48,351 nucleotides of DNA from Halocafeteria seosinensis (GCA_001687465.1 LVLI01000352.1:1-48351); one strand, 5' to 3'. Shown: positions 12,081-24,561, counted from the first letter of the stretch. Notes: a model not told the origin generated them from the sequence alone. Translations and numbers: made by a program.

Positions 12081-13790
12081 ATGGCAACTTATCGAGGCTC
12101 TAGTGGCACCGTTCTATCAAAGCAAGACATCGACAGGATCCGTCGTCTTGCTTCACCCACATCGCCACTTGCTGAGACGCTCTCCACTTCTGGTGGGTTT
12201 TGTTCTAGGAAACTGAATGAACCAACTGACAACAACACTTCCAAGAAACGAGCAGTACGTCAAACTCTTTGATTCTTAAGCTTTACCAATCAAACGAACT
12301 ACAAATGAAAATGCTAACAGGATAAAATGCGATATTTAGGAAATATGTCAGTCAATGTGGCACACAAGAGTGGCCGCGTTGAAGGCGATGCGATCCGAAA
12401 GTACAAGGAGGAAATGCGTGAGTACAAACTTTTGCGGATCAGCTTCTTAGGTGGATGTCCAATCCCTTCTGTGAGTTATGCTCGATAATCAGGTCCGAAG
12501 ATTGCTCAGAATGACCAAGTGAAGTGGATGAAATCTCAACTGGCTACGGCGAAGGCGTTATCCGAGAGGGCGAAGCAAGTTCGAACTGAGGTATGGTTGC
12601 GTAAAAAGAGATAGGAGAGCTCATAAATATACCTTTCGAACAAGTCCCTGCAGAAAGAAGAGGAGGAAGCAAGGAAGCGACGAGAAGCAATCGAGGAGGA
12701 AGACATGATCGAAGATGACGTCGCCGAGTATCTTGATCGCTGCGCTAGGGAAAAAGCGGAAAAGGAGGCACAGCGGAAGTCGTTCCGACAAGCCATTACC
12801 GAACAAATTCAGACGAAACAAAACGAAAAAGCAATAGAAGAGGTATGGGGTACTTACTGATGTAGTTTATAATAATTCGAAGCAGCGTTTATGTATTTTG
12901 CGAATGATTTCAGGAGAAGGAATTCCAAAGCGGATTGGCAGAGCAATGTTCCGCCAAGCAAGCTATCGAGAATGAGAAGCAAAGGGCGCAGCAACAGAAG
13001 AGACAACTGTTTGAGAAAAATAGAACATTGCAGATGCAAAATCTTAAAATTGCCGAAGCAGACTCTCGAGAAAAAGAGCGTGCTGCAGCGGCTGAACGCG
13101 AGATGGAACTGCGTTACTTGCAGACGGACCCATTCCCACCTCAGTAAGTTGTGCTGAGGAATTGCACGGAATAATCGAGATTCTTGAAAAGTGTATTCTT
13201 CGAAACTAATTGTCTGCAGTGAACCGCATAAGGTTGCTGAGAGTCTCAATCAAAAGAAGCAAAACGCTTCATCGATTTTGTTAAAGAAGTTGCAACAGGA
13301 CGAAGAAAACGAACTTCAGCGGATAAAGCGATGGCGTGAAGCGGCAAGCTTGGCCGAGAGGAAGAAGGTGGCAGAAAAAAGGGAACGCCAACGCCAGAGC
13401 AAGCAAAATTGGCTTACAGGTTTACAAGCGCAATTGGCAGAGCAAGAACAGACACGCCGAGAAAATGCGATGGAGGATACCCAACATCACGCTGAGATGC
13501 TGGAAATACAACGGAGGGAGCAAGAGAAGGCAAACGAAATTGACGCACATGAACTCCGCAAGAAAAAAGTATACGCCTCCGAACTGGCAGCGCAGAGAGA
13601 AAAGGACAAACACTACTCTCACAAAAAGAGTCCCAAAACAATTGCTTACGAGGAAAGGAATTCATTCAGGTTAAAAGCAGAGGCCGAAGCACAACTGTTA
13701 GATGAAGAAAAAAAGCAAATTCTAAGGCAGTTTAGGGAGTTATCGGATGTACCGCATAGGATAGTTGAGGCCGTACAGAACGTCAAATAA
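12081..13790 (+). CDS. Trichohyalin-plectin-homology (TPH) coiled-coil protein, CFAP45/CCDC19-like (~452 aa, 6 exons)
   Basis: Exons 12081-12254, 12321-12417, 12493-12590, 12654-12842, 12914-13143, 13220-13790 splice in frame. Charged E/K/R/Q coiled coil. The segments VLSKQDIDRIRRLA, NDQVKWMKSQLATAKALSERAKQV and C-terminal KKQILRQFRELSDVPHRI resemble CFAP45 as I recall it. Confidence 0.7.
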
Positions 13791-13881
13791 GCAGCACTCA
13801 TGGTGTCTCATCTTATACAGGTTTATACCAGTTTCAACTTACGAGCTACCTCGGTTGGAGCTTTATATTTACTTCGTTTAG

Positions 13882-15438
13882 CTACATATTATCTGTATCA
13901 AAATGATCGAATGACATCAAGGCTCCCGACCCTGTTGTCCGTGGATCGTTGTACCTGTCCGTTCCACCCACATATTCAGTGGCTTTGGACAATTCGTAGC
14001 TATTATCTACACCGTTCGATGAGTCTACCTCATTTATAGTTGGATAAGAGCTGTTCCGAGATGCTTTACGCTTCGTTTGTCGAGCCTCCGCATCACTTGT
14101 AGCTTTGTTTTTCTTCATTCCAATTGACGGTCCTGGCTCTCTGGCCTTCTCACCAGTCGACTGCCTCCTCTTTGCCGAGTTCCACCGGTTCTTTACAGCA
14201 TTTTCTGTGCGTCCCGGCAAGTGTTTAGCAATTTCGCACCAGCGATTTCCTGAGGGAGAACAACATATTCCTATTCGTCGCTCGAAACTTTACATCTCGT
14301 AGCTATTGGTGGAAGCTTACCTAATTTTCGGCGTAGTTCGACCAAAATTTTGTCTTCCTCTTCAGTCCACGGGTCTTTACGAATGTCAGGACTCAAGTGG
14401 TTGAACCACCTTTCTCGGCATTGTTTACCAATACGACCAGGAATCCTGGAAGCGATTTCACTCCACTTTGTGATGCCCTTCTCCATGCATTCTATGATCA
14501 CCTTATCTTCACTGGGGAGCCACGGGCCCTTTTTCAGACCAGGTTTCAAAACTTTTTGCCATCTATGAAGACACTGTACATCGGTTCTGGCGCTGTTTAA
14601 GTATTCTTGGCTGATAAACTTCCAATATCGAGGACCCATTTTGTCTACTCCACGAATCAATGCTTGATCTTCTGCCTCGGTCCATTTGCCACCCATACCT
14701 GTATTTTCACACGTTCACTAAAGATTTTCCGTGATTTCAAGTACGCTTAGTTAGCTTACCATTCATTTCATCCTCCATATTTTGGATGGAACCAATTCCA
14801 GGGTCGTCATTGCCACTCGAAGCTCCTTGATGAGCTTCAGCGTTGTCTCCCTCTTCGCCTGCTACCAGTGCGTGCATGGCACTTTGACTTCTTTGTTGAG
14901 CAGTTGATACCTCCTGTTGTTGCTGTTGCTGTTGTCGTCTCGTCGATTTTCGAACGGCTTGTCTGGTTTCGGTACTGAGGTTGGATCCAGCAGATGCGGC
15001 GGCAACATCACGGGTGTTGTTGTCGCCCTCTTTCGTAACTCCTCTCGCTCCTCCAACCATGTTCGCGCTGCGGGTGCGACCTGAAAACATCGGTTCATGT
15101 AGGTGATCTGCCGGAGAAGACGACCGCATACGGAATACTGGGGGATTGCCTGAGTTAGGTGCGGATTCTCCTCCCAAGGTAAACATATTCGCGGCTTCCT
15201 GTTCTCGAATTAAAGACGACGGGGTATTCCCAATACTTGAATGGTTACCAACAGGTCCTGTAGCGTCGGTTCCACCGCCATTTATTAAGGTACTTCCCAG
15301 ATTCAGCGCTCCTCGCGCTCCCGACGACGACGATGATGAAGAAAGTGCTGCTCCGAGACCACCTTCCAGTCCATTACCGGCCCCTCCAGCGCCCGACGTG
15401 ATGTCATGCCAAGAAGGGTTCCGCGAATGGGATGCCAT
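13882..15438 (-). CDS. MYB3R: Three-repeat (R1R2R3) Myb transcription factor (~474 aa, 3 exons)
   Basis: Exons 15438-14760, 14698-14321, 14249-13882. Myb repeats: GGKWTEAED...[23 protein letters not shown]...[24 protein letters not shown]...[25 protein letters not shown]. An alternative start exists at 15477. Confidence 0.93.
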
Positions 15439-16221
15439 CGTGTTCACCAACTGCTTGCAATATAGTGCCGTTGACATGAACAGAAAGTGTACGTTTTTTC
15501 TCCCCGGCTCCGTCTCCGTGCAAGCAAGGGCGTTTCCTCCCTGATCCACGCCAAATAACGACACGAGGACGCACAAACTATGCCACGTTTGTCGACTGCT
15601 GAATACCGCACACTTCGAACACCACTCCAAACAACAACATGAAACGACACTCCAGTGTTCCCAAATTCAAAGTGAAATCGTTCGGGGGGCCGACTTAACG
15701 GATCTTTCGGCGAAGCAATCCGCCAACTTCAACCAGCCGCACGTCCACGGGGACTTCGTCATGAGTGCAAGAAGACGATCATTAAGAAATGGCTTGTAGT
15801 ACTGATGTCATGGAACTACGTTGATCCAATAGACGCTGAGTTCGGCCCAAGGAACAGGGGGAATGAAGCCACTGAAGTCACTTCCTCCGAACAAACCTGG
15901 AACTTCGGACTGTGTGTTGTACAGATGCGAAGATACTGTATACAGTAGTGTAGAGGTTTCAAGCAGTCAATACTACGTTTAAGAGCGATAGTAGCCTGAT
16001 CACGTGTCACATCAGTATCAAATGGCACTCCTGTGGTGTCCAGTCGCCACCCACCATCTATCCTGATGACCTTCATTGGCTGAGCGGCCTGAACGTCAAA
16101 CGTCTTACAGTGGTAGCTCTGTTTGTGGAGGATTCAAGTCCTCTGGGGCAACGGTATCATGTCGCTGCCACTAAAGTCCACCGCTTGAATAACCAATCGC
16201 CCTCTGTAATACTAGCTGTAC

Positions 16222-17114
16222 GTGTTCAGCGATGTGAAGGTCGATGCGTCCATGGGGATTTCGGACATAAGGAAATGCATACATGTATACCAGCAAGTAT
16301 TGTGGACTGGAAAGTCGAAGCAGTCTGCCGAACCGACTAGCACGACTTTGATGCGAGAAGAACATGGTAATCATGAACAGAACGCTCCGAAAGATAAACT
16401 TGCAGAGCTTCAGATGGAGAGTGTGGTGAAATTGTAACAGCCAGATCCGGTTGGGTTTTTTTATCTTCGAGAGCAAGAACTACGAAGCCTTGTGGCAACA
16501 CGATATTTCAACAGAGGGCGCAAGGAGCTGTACGTTGAGGGCTTGGTGAAAATCGACAAGATACTACCAACTTCTTCAGCTTGGATTTAGAAGTAGGGCC
16601 TTGTTGGTTTTCTTCTTTATACAAAAGATCTTCCAAATTCTGCCCACAGTAAGCCATCCAAGGATCATCAGGCAAAGGCTCATATTCCAGAAAGTTCATC
16701 ACGTACTGGATAACATTCTCCTTGGTCGTTTTCTTCAGCTCCTTTCTTGTACGCTCCTTCAATTGGGAAACTTTCTGCGAATACTCAGTCTTGCGAAAGG
16801 CTTTTCAAGAAAAACTGCTTATCCATGTCACTCCGAGGACAGAACTGCCCTTTCGAGCAGATTCAAAACAAGCCAAACGGAAGTTCCCGCGCAGTTGTGA
16901 CCGTATACTGGAGTACGAATTGACGGTAAACGATTTAGACAGTGAAATTGAAAGCGCGGAGAAAGAGCTTGAAGCGGTCGATAAGAAAATCGAAGAATTT
17001 GCCAATACGAATGCGACTTCGGAGCGAACAGTTGAGGTTGTAGCCGAGAAGGCTCACGTTTCTCGCGAATCTGTTGATACAAGAAAGCGAGAGACCAGGA
17101 GGACAATCGAGTAG
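16222..17114 (+). pseudogene. Rearranged paralog of the downstream SWIM gene (internal inversion, zinc-finger core deleted, frameshift)
   Basis: +16441-16569 (FFYLREQELRSLVATRYFNRGRKELYVEGLVKIDKI) matches the SWIM gene N-part. -16855..16570 (KGQF..SDMDKQFFLKSLS/KTEYSQKV..LKERT...LPDDPW..YCG..L.D.L) matches the middle, with a 1-nt frameshift near 16793. +16857-17003 (AKR...CDRILEYELTVNDLDSEI...EKEL..VDKKI) matches the C-terminal coiled coil. In-frame TAA at 16435 and TAG at 16588. Confidence 0.85.
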
Positions 17115-17973
17115 ACAGTCAACGTCTTCGAAGATGCCACGGAATTAGCTTCCATGCTCGTGTGGATATCAATCTCCGTTGCTGTTCAATCGTACACTAG
17201 CCCTAACTTGTAAACTTGCTTATTATACACAGCAATGCCGTAGACTCTCAGCAAATCTTCGCACGGTTGCCTAATAGCATTGAGCTTCCAACCACGCAGA
17301 ACAAGATGCCATGTGGTCCACAGTCTGCCTTTGGCTTTCGGAAAAGATAAGAACTCTGTGAGATTTGTTTTCCATGGCAAACCATACCTAGCTGTACTTG
17401 CACTGAAAGTGGTTACGCCCTTCCTGGAAGTTCCTGCAACTTACCCTACCACAACTTGGAAGGATGGCTCGAGGATTTCAATTCTGGGTACCAACTAGTC
17501 AATTGTGATCGCGTTGGAAAGCGATACCCTAAAGTCCTGCTCACAGTAAGGAAGAGAAATACAGGGAAAATGTTTGACTGAAGATTATGAAGCTATGTCC
17601 GCCATGCTCTTTAACCATCGTGTCAACGATTTTCCCAATCCGCGCTCCAGATTCCGTGGCCCCTATGAGACGATCCTGTACAACTGTGGTAAATGTGGCA
17701 GGCACACGCTCATTCGTGTGATCAATAGAGAGCTGTTCTCCTGCCGGAGCTGGGTTGCAATGCGTTGCAACTGGCAGTGCCTTGCATCTTCCTTGATTGA
17801 TCTGCATGAGCCCCATTCAAACGTGAAGGTGGGATGGTTGACGGGGTGACAGACGACCTCGCTGGCAATGATTGAAATTCAATTCCATGATTCATAATTG
17901 GGCGAGCCTTAAAGTGCATCAGTAAGGACGACGTGTTTGAGTTGAATTTGAATCTGGGGAACTGGATTAGCAA

Positions 17974-19077
17974 ATGGCATCCGAAGCTTCAGTAGGATCC
18001 AAGTTCGATGTCTCTGAAGCTGGAGCTAACGGCCAGGAGGCAGATAGACTGGAGCTGGACCACCTATACGATGCGACAGACGATGAAGTAGATATCTCTG
18101 GAACAGATGACCAGAATGACGGTGAAGGGGTGTATTTTGATCTGAATGAGGGAGAGCTCCAGGATATGATGGAACCGCGTTTTTTCGAGCGAGGAATGGA
18201 TGAGCTCTACCTCGAAGGGCTGGTGAATATAGACAAAGTCTTTTCAAGGGAAGCCCATGGCCACGCTGTTGGGACGTCCGTCTACTCTGTAGTGCTTTCA
18301 CGTGGTTTGGATGGATTAACAGGAACGTGCACGTGTCCAGCCTTTGCTAAGAATGGTCCTTGCAAACACGTAGCTGCTGTCGGGCTCGCTTTGATTGACT
18401 ATAACAAGCAAGGGGCGTTCTATACCTCCAGCGATTACGATAAACAGCGTTTCTTAAAGAGTCTTTCGAATGCTGAATACTCACAGAAAGTTGCCGATTT
18501 GAAAGAGCGCACGAAGAAGGAATTACAGAAGAAAACCAAAGAGGACCTCGTTGAACAATTTATGAAGCTTTTTGAGTATGGATCTCTGCCTGATGATCCA
18601 TGGGTATTTTACTGCGGGAAGGAGCTCCAGGACATATTACATGAAGAAGCACACCAAGAAAAGGAAAAGAGGCATGGACAGAAAGACGAGGAACCCTCAC
18701 GGAATGATGAACTTGCACAACTCAAGCAAAAACGGCAGAATTGTGCTGCACAAATTGCGAAATGTGAGAGAGAGAGACAAAAAGCGGAAAGATGGATGGA
18801 AACGCCCGAAGCAAAACGTTTGAAGAATTGTGAGCGCATTTTGCAATACAAACTTACCAAGAACGAATTGGGTTGGGAAATTGCCAGGATGGAAAGAGAG
18901 CTTAGAGACATCGATAGACAAATCAAGGGACTTGCTAGACACTCTTCCCGAGGAACTCATAATGCAGCGGAGTCTGCACGTTATACTCCTGCACATAAGC
19001 GTGCTGCTCCGGAGCAATTCCAGAGCTCCCAGACTACTAGTAGTGGGCCAACTTCGTCGAAAATGGCACGGAAGTAG
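17974..19077 (+). CDS. SWIM zinc-finger protein with C-terminal coiled coil (367 aa, intronless)
   Basis: RFFERG..LY..G.V...AVGTSVYSVVL...GTCTCPAFAKNGPCKHVAAVGL is a CxC...CxH SWIM finger with the upstream 'RG..Y..G.V' and 'V.G...Y.V' elements typical of bacterial SWIM proteins. Confidence 0.88.
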   Translation: MASEASVGSKFDVSEAGANGQEADRLELDHLYDATDDEVDISGTDDQNDGEGVYFDLNEGELQDMMEPRFFERGMDELYLEGLVNIDKVFSREAHGHAVGTSVYSVVLSRGLDGLTGTCTCPAFAKNGPCKHVAAVGLALIDYNKQGAFYTSSDYDKQRFLKSLSNAEYSQKVADLKERTKKELQKKTKEDLVEQFMKLFEYGSLPDDPWVFYCGKELQDILHEEAHQEKEKRHGQKDEEPSRNDELAQLKQKRQNCAAQIAKCERERQKAERWMETPEAKRLKNCERILQYKLTKNELGWEIARMERELRDIDRQIKGLARHSSRGTHNAAESARYTPAHKRAAPEQFQSSQTTSSGPTSSKMARK

Positions 19078-19839
19078 CCCAACCAACGCTGCGAGAGGGT
19101 CGGTGTATGATGATGCTTTTTGTTGTTTGATGGCTTCTGATGTAGACCTAAGGGAAGAATTGAAATTGTTACAGATATCCCTATTTTGGATGATGTCGCT
19201 GTTGCTACCGGGAACGCAAGCCATTGTCTTCGTCGTGGCCATGCTGTTGTTACTGAGAAATTCCGGTGCTGCTAGCCTGGCTAAAGAGTCTTTCCTACTT
19301 GAGAGATTCGAGCAAGAACTAACTCACCGCAGCATTGTCAGTGGACCAGTGTTTAATTGTAGACCCTGACAGAGCAGTCTGGAACAATGGCGAATCAGTG
19401 ATTGTCCACTGGCTTCCACTTCGCTCAGCACTCCCATCCCTCTTTGCAACGGAGCCCCATACCAATGGTATGATACCATACTGAGCGAGTTCATTCATTG
19501 TGGGATCTTTTTGTAACCTACGACCTCCATGCTGTTATCAACACATGATTCTTTCCAGGTTCCATGGCGACCGTATGACGTTAATTCTGTTAGAAGCACA
19601 ATAATTCTTTCCAGCTCCCTTCATGGAGTTCCATGATTCTACAGTCGGAACGAATCTGTGGAGTTTTGTTGAAGTACAGTATACAAACAACTGACCACAT
19701 CTAGCTATACAGTAGTATTGATTTACACTATTCTACACCACTAGCGTGGATTGTGTTAGCATATATTAATGCAGTATAATTTGACTAGGTAGAGAGCCAT
19801 CCATGCTCGCCATCGTTGAAATAGTCACTCTGTAAAGTA

Positions 19840-22800
19840 ATGAGCAGGAATAGAGGCAGCAACCCCTGCAGGGGCAAAAAGGAATTCCCCCCTCTACCGT
19901 ACAGAGAGCCAATATGGATGGCGATAGTTATAGTGTGTCTCGTGATTATTGAGGATGGATTTATACGGTGTGATGCCGAACTTGGGGTCGCTGGGATGCG
20001 GTTCGAGCATAGCGCTAACGCCATGGGTGTCTCTGCTCCTCGAGGAACTGAGCACTTTGATAGCGTAGATCAACAGATCTTCGGGATAACACCGAATACA
20101 TTAGCGAATCACTGTGAAACGCGGATTTCTGAAGGGGCGTTTGAGCTGCTGCTCAGTGAATTAGAAAAGATTGTGGAAACGTATAATGATCCTGCCAAGC
20201 AACAGCATATGCAAATTGACCCCGGACACGTCTTCCATTGTCAGGCGATATCCTTTTTCAAGAGAGGAAAAACAACAGATGCAATGGAAATGTTTAGAAG
20301 AGTAAGTGCAAGATTGTACACTATCATAGTTGATAAGAGACGTAACTACCCTACATGAGCGTTCTACAGGCTGCGGAGCAAAGCCCCCAGAATGAGATGT
20401 ATCTGATGAACCTCGGTGCAACGCAGCAGCAAGCCGGGTATGTTTCCGACGCTCTAAGAACATACAACAGATTACTAGCAAGTCAGCCGGATCATATTGG
20501 GGCTCGCCAGAGACGGGCACATATTTTAATGTCTAATAACGAGCTTAAAGAAGCTATAAGCGAATTTCAATTCCTGTACACACGAATCATGGGAGAGGTG
20601 GAGTCGTCTATCGGCTTATATGATCCCCACCTTTTGCAGCGACTGGACAACGCTGCGATGGACTTAGCAGAAGCTAATAAGAATTTCGGAAACCAAGGCA
20701 GAGCCGAAGAGATATTGGACGAAACTGCATCCATTTCGCCGCGTTTGTGGCTTCGGCGTGGCTTTGAACACACACCGTCCGTTCTGATGTCCTACCAGGA
20801 AGGACAAATCTCGCGTGCAAAGTTGGTAGCTAATTTGGATGCTATAAGATGGATCTACGCTAACTACCCTCAAGAGCTGCCCGAACATGACTTGGTGTCC
20901 ATGCCCGCGTATGACGGAGATCTTGGATACTACGCGACCTACCAGGGCCGAAACGAATCGGCTCTCAGGGCAATTGTTGCAGATACTTTGATAGTCAGTG
21001 TTCCATCCCTCAGAGGATTTTCTAGTATCTTAGTATTGCCGGAAGCAAATAGGGAGACAGCAACGGAGTCACCCCTTATTCAGCTGCTTGGAAAAGGCCA
21101 CCAGCACTTGAGGAGGATCCTATTAGACTCGGAAGAGGATACAGAGGAGCGGAATGAGGTTATTGACGAGGTTGTAGCTTCCCTCAGAATGGAAGCAGGA
21201 AAAATTGCACCAGAACAGTTGGCGGCCCTGTCAGGACTCAGTATACCTGAGGTAAAAAGGTCGCTTGAAACACTGATCCAGTTTGTCGAGCCTTACCTCC
21301 ACCGCACTACGAGCGAGCCTCCACGCTTGCTTTCGAAGGTAAAGGTGTGCTTTGTTTCTGGTCACGTCCACACGCATGCCGTTACAAAGATGTTTGGAAG
21401 AATGTTCTCTATGCTCCCGAAGGCGTTGTTCTTTAAAGTCCTATTCTCCGTACCTGCTCCTGTAGATTCTATCAGCAGGTAAGGGATTACTTCTTCGCTA
21501 GACGACTACAAGGCTTCGTGTACACCTTTTGCAATAGGAACTTTGCAGATGGCTGTTTGAACAAGCGGACAAGTTGGTGATGACGGCCTCAGGGGCATCC
21601 ACGAATGCACTGGAAGAGACTCGCTCTTTGATCATGATGGAGCGATGCGACATTATTGTGAATCCGGAATTGGGAATGCATGGGCATGCGTATGCCGTTG
21701 CATTTTCTCGATTGGCTCCTGTTCAAATAAACACTCACGGAAATAGTGTCACTTCTGGGATTAGGAATTCTGTGGACTATTACGTGTCGTTTGACGGAAT
21801 CGAATCCCCGCGACCCGAAGATAGTGTTAACCATTTTGTTGAGCAGATTGTAAAACTGGGATCGTTCCATTCGTTGTTCTTGCAGCACAGTTATGTACCA
21901 GCAACATCATTGCAAGCCTTTCGGGAGCGCCATGACGTTCCCACATTTGATGAAGCCTCCGTGAACATCAGGAATACAGCAATATCTCATGCGATGTCCG
22001 GCTCTCATGGAGACGCGTTTGAAGGACGAGACGCGTTCCATGGCCAGCCTGACCGCTTGTTGTGGGGTGTCCAGTTGAAATCCATTGTCAATTTTGTGCG
22101 CCTGAATGGTAAAGACGGAGATAGCTCGGTATTGCTGAAGAAAGCTGCAGGAGCTGACAACATGGGGGATCCTGTTTCTACCTCTACGAGCCTCCTGGAA
22201 GAACGGGAGTTTTCAGCTTGTAGAATGATGAAGCGCTACGATATTCTGAAAAACAGTTTTAGCGCTGATCGAAGATTCTCTGATACGGAGCTTCTGGATC
22301 TCCTAAAGACTAACTTCGGACCTGTCGCCGTGGAAACGAGTGAGTCACTTATGTGGCTCAACCACACAACGGCAGAACTCCCGCTTCCCCACTATCTAAT
22401 TCCTCAGACATCTTACAAACTCCAACCACAGTTTGATGATGCTATAAGCGATGTACTTCTCAATGACCCATGTGCCGTCGTTGTTGCGATGAGTGGTTCG
22501 ATCGCTACATGGAATAATCGTCTGGCCATTAGGATAAGTGAGCATATTCACAAGAAAGTCTCGAATAGGTATCAGAACCGACGCCTATATCACACAACGA
22601 ACGTTGGGATAGACCGCCTACTCTTGAATGAGCTTCTAGCTGGAAGTACGAACGCCATAGATACCTTGAGCGAGACGTTGCTAGGTAGGATTGTCCTTGT
22701 TCCGCAGCGGTCTCATGAAGCTTATTTAGAAATGCTCGCCAGGGCCGACGTTATAATGGACACCTTTCCTTACGGGGGATGTACGTCGAGCTACGAAGCG

Positions 22801-23517
22801 TTGATAATGGGTGCACCGGTTGTTACATGGCCATCAAGGTCAGCAATGCGATCCCGTTTCACACTGGCCATTCTTCGGAAAATGGGGCTCGACCATTTGA
22901 TTGGCGTATCTTATAACGATTTCATTCAACGTTCTATTGCAGTTGCTAACGAACGTGCAACATTCTCTGATAGTGAAAGAAGGGCTGCCCAACAATCCAT
23001 CGCTGCGGCTGCTCGCACTGCTGTAAGAGACGTTACTGCAGGCCACGAGTGGAGCAGGTTCTTGCTTCGTTCTCTTGGTTCTCATTGGATTTCTGTGTTG
23101 GAGAGCTGGAAAGTGGCCGTATCCAGTACGGGAATTGATTTCCCACGGGAAATGGAGAACGAGAAAAAGCTACGACATAACATAACTCATTCCCTCATTA
23201 GCGATCCAAAACGGTTGCTAAAACTGCAGCAAGAGTCGGAATTTTCCAGTACAGGCACGGAGAGGGTGGTCGGGCTGGAAGTTCGTGGGTTCATTGTACC
23301 AGATGATGGACTGCTCTGCATATCTCTAAACGCGAAGTCTCCGGAATGTCTGAATGACCTCGAAGAGTTCGACAGTAAGCGCAACATAGATGGGTCACTT
23401 AGCAGGACTTTATCTTTTCAAGCTGTTTTAGCTCCAAGAGGAAGATCTTTCGTGTTTGCCAGGATTATCGACGCGGACGGGTTCATTTTAGCTTACGACC
23501 AGCTTGTACTTGTATGA
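19840..23517 (+). CDS. TPR-containing GT41 (O-GlcNAc transferase/SPINDLY-like) glycosyltransferase (~1179 aa, 3 exons)
   Basis: Exons 19840-20301, 20370-21478, 21549-23517. TPR-like YLMNLGATQQQAGYVSDALRTYNRLLASQPDH. GT41 motifs: FVSGHVHTHAV, PELGM...FSRLAPVQINTHGNSVTSG..SVDYYVS, PQTSYKLQPQFD, ADVIMDTFPYGGCTSSYEALIMGAPVVT. Confidence 0.88.
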
Positions 23518-24314
23518 ATACGACCGTGATGATTTGAAGCCTGGTACGGAGAGGTTGACAACCACCTCATATTACTCCAAATACGCTACCAGGATGCGGT
23601 CACTTCCGACTGACTTCCTACTATCTGTTACATGCGTGTGTGTGTGTGTGCCAGTTGCCAAAGAGGTATACACGCACCGTACATTTTGGAGGGCCGGTCA
23701 AGTACGCAAACGTTACCTGCGGTATGGTATTGTGTTGTCGGCGCACTTTCTTCACCGGACGGGCTGTGTGTTGTAGTGGGAGAAGACGAGCCTACAGCCA
23801 CATATCTACTAGTTACTGTAATATATTCTCCGACTCGTCGATGAGAGTCATAGATATACTGATTTCATGAACAGCACGTTCACCGGTATTACAGTAGTGT
23901 TGATTTAAGTATACGTGAAAAGAACCGGAACTGCGTTGACTGTTGCTGCGGAGTCGTCCAGATTCGTCCCTTGAAGCAGTAAAGGCCAATACTGTTCGCC
24001 AGAACGCACGAGTGTTCTGAAGTCTCCCTGTTTACATGATCAACAAAATAAGGGGAGAAAATAGACATACTAGACTGTCGGAAACTCATAATACCCTATA
24101 CAGAGGGCCCCTTGTTTGGGCTGGCTTGGGGTACATCCCATACAATGATACAGTCAGTTCCAACCAATGCTGATAGTATACAGTACGTATTGTTTGTTTG
24201 TATGTGTGTGGACCAGTTACTCGCAAGGCTTCTTCAAATTTGTTTCTTGTCGATCCGTACACCGTACTTTAGTTTGCTTCCTGTTGTTTAACCTGGGTAT
24301 CTGTCTCGTGTATC

Positions 24315-24527
24315 ATGATGATCAAGAACCTGGCCTCGAGCGTGTCCTCCTTGGCACGGGCGAATCAAAGGTCATGCATATCTTTGGCTCTGCGCACGAT
24401 CTCCACCTCTCCCCCTGTGTATGCGGAGGCACACAAGGCCGGAATGCAAGATGTCGATGTAAGTTAAGACCCCGTTTTTTCCCCCTCCCTCTGTGGCTCC
24501 CCGCGTCAGACAGACAGACGGACAAGG

Positions 24528-24561
<34 letters not shown>

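Noticed and set aside
16555..16870. Site-specific invertible switch (shufflon-like) at the SWIM paralog
   Set aside because: No clear inverted repeats at the junctions, no recombinase nearby, sequence lost at both junctions, and a frameshift inside the segment, so re-inversion would not restore a gene.
17186..17330. Minus-strand peptide PCEDLLRVYGIAVYNKQVYKLGL as the displaced SWIM finger segment
   Set aside because: Only a few matching residues, two incompatible alignments are possible, and the CxC/CxH ligands are absent.
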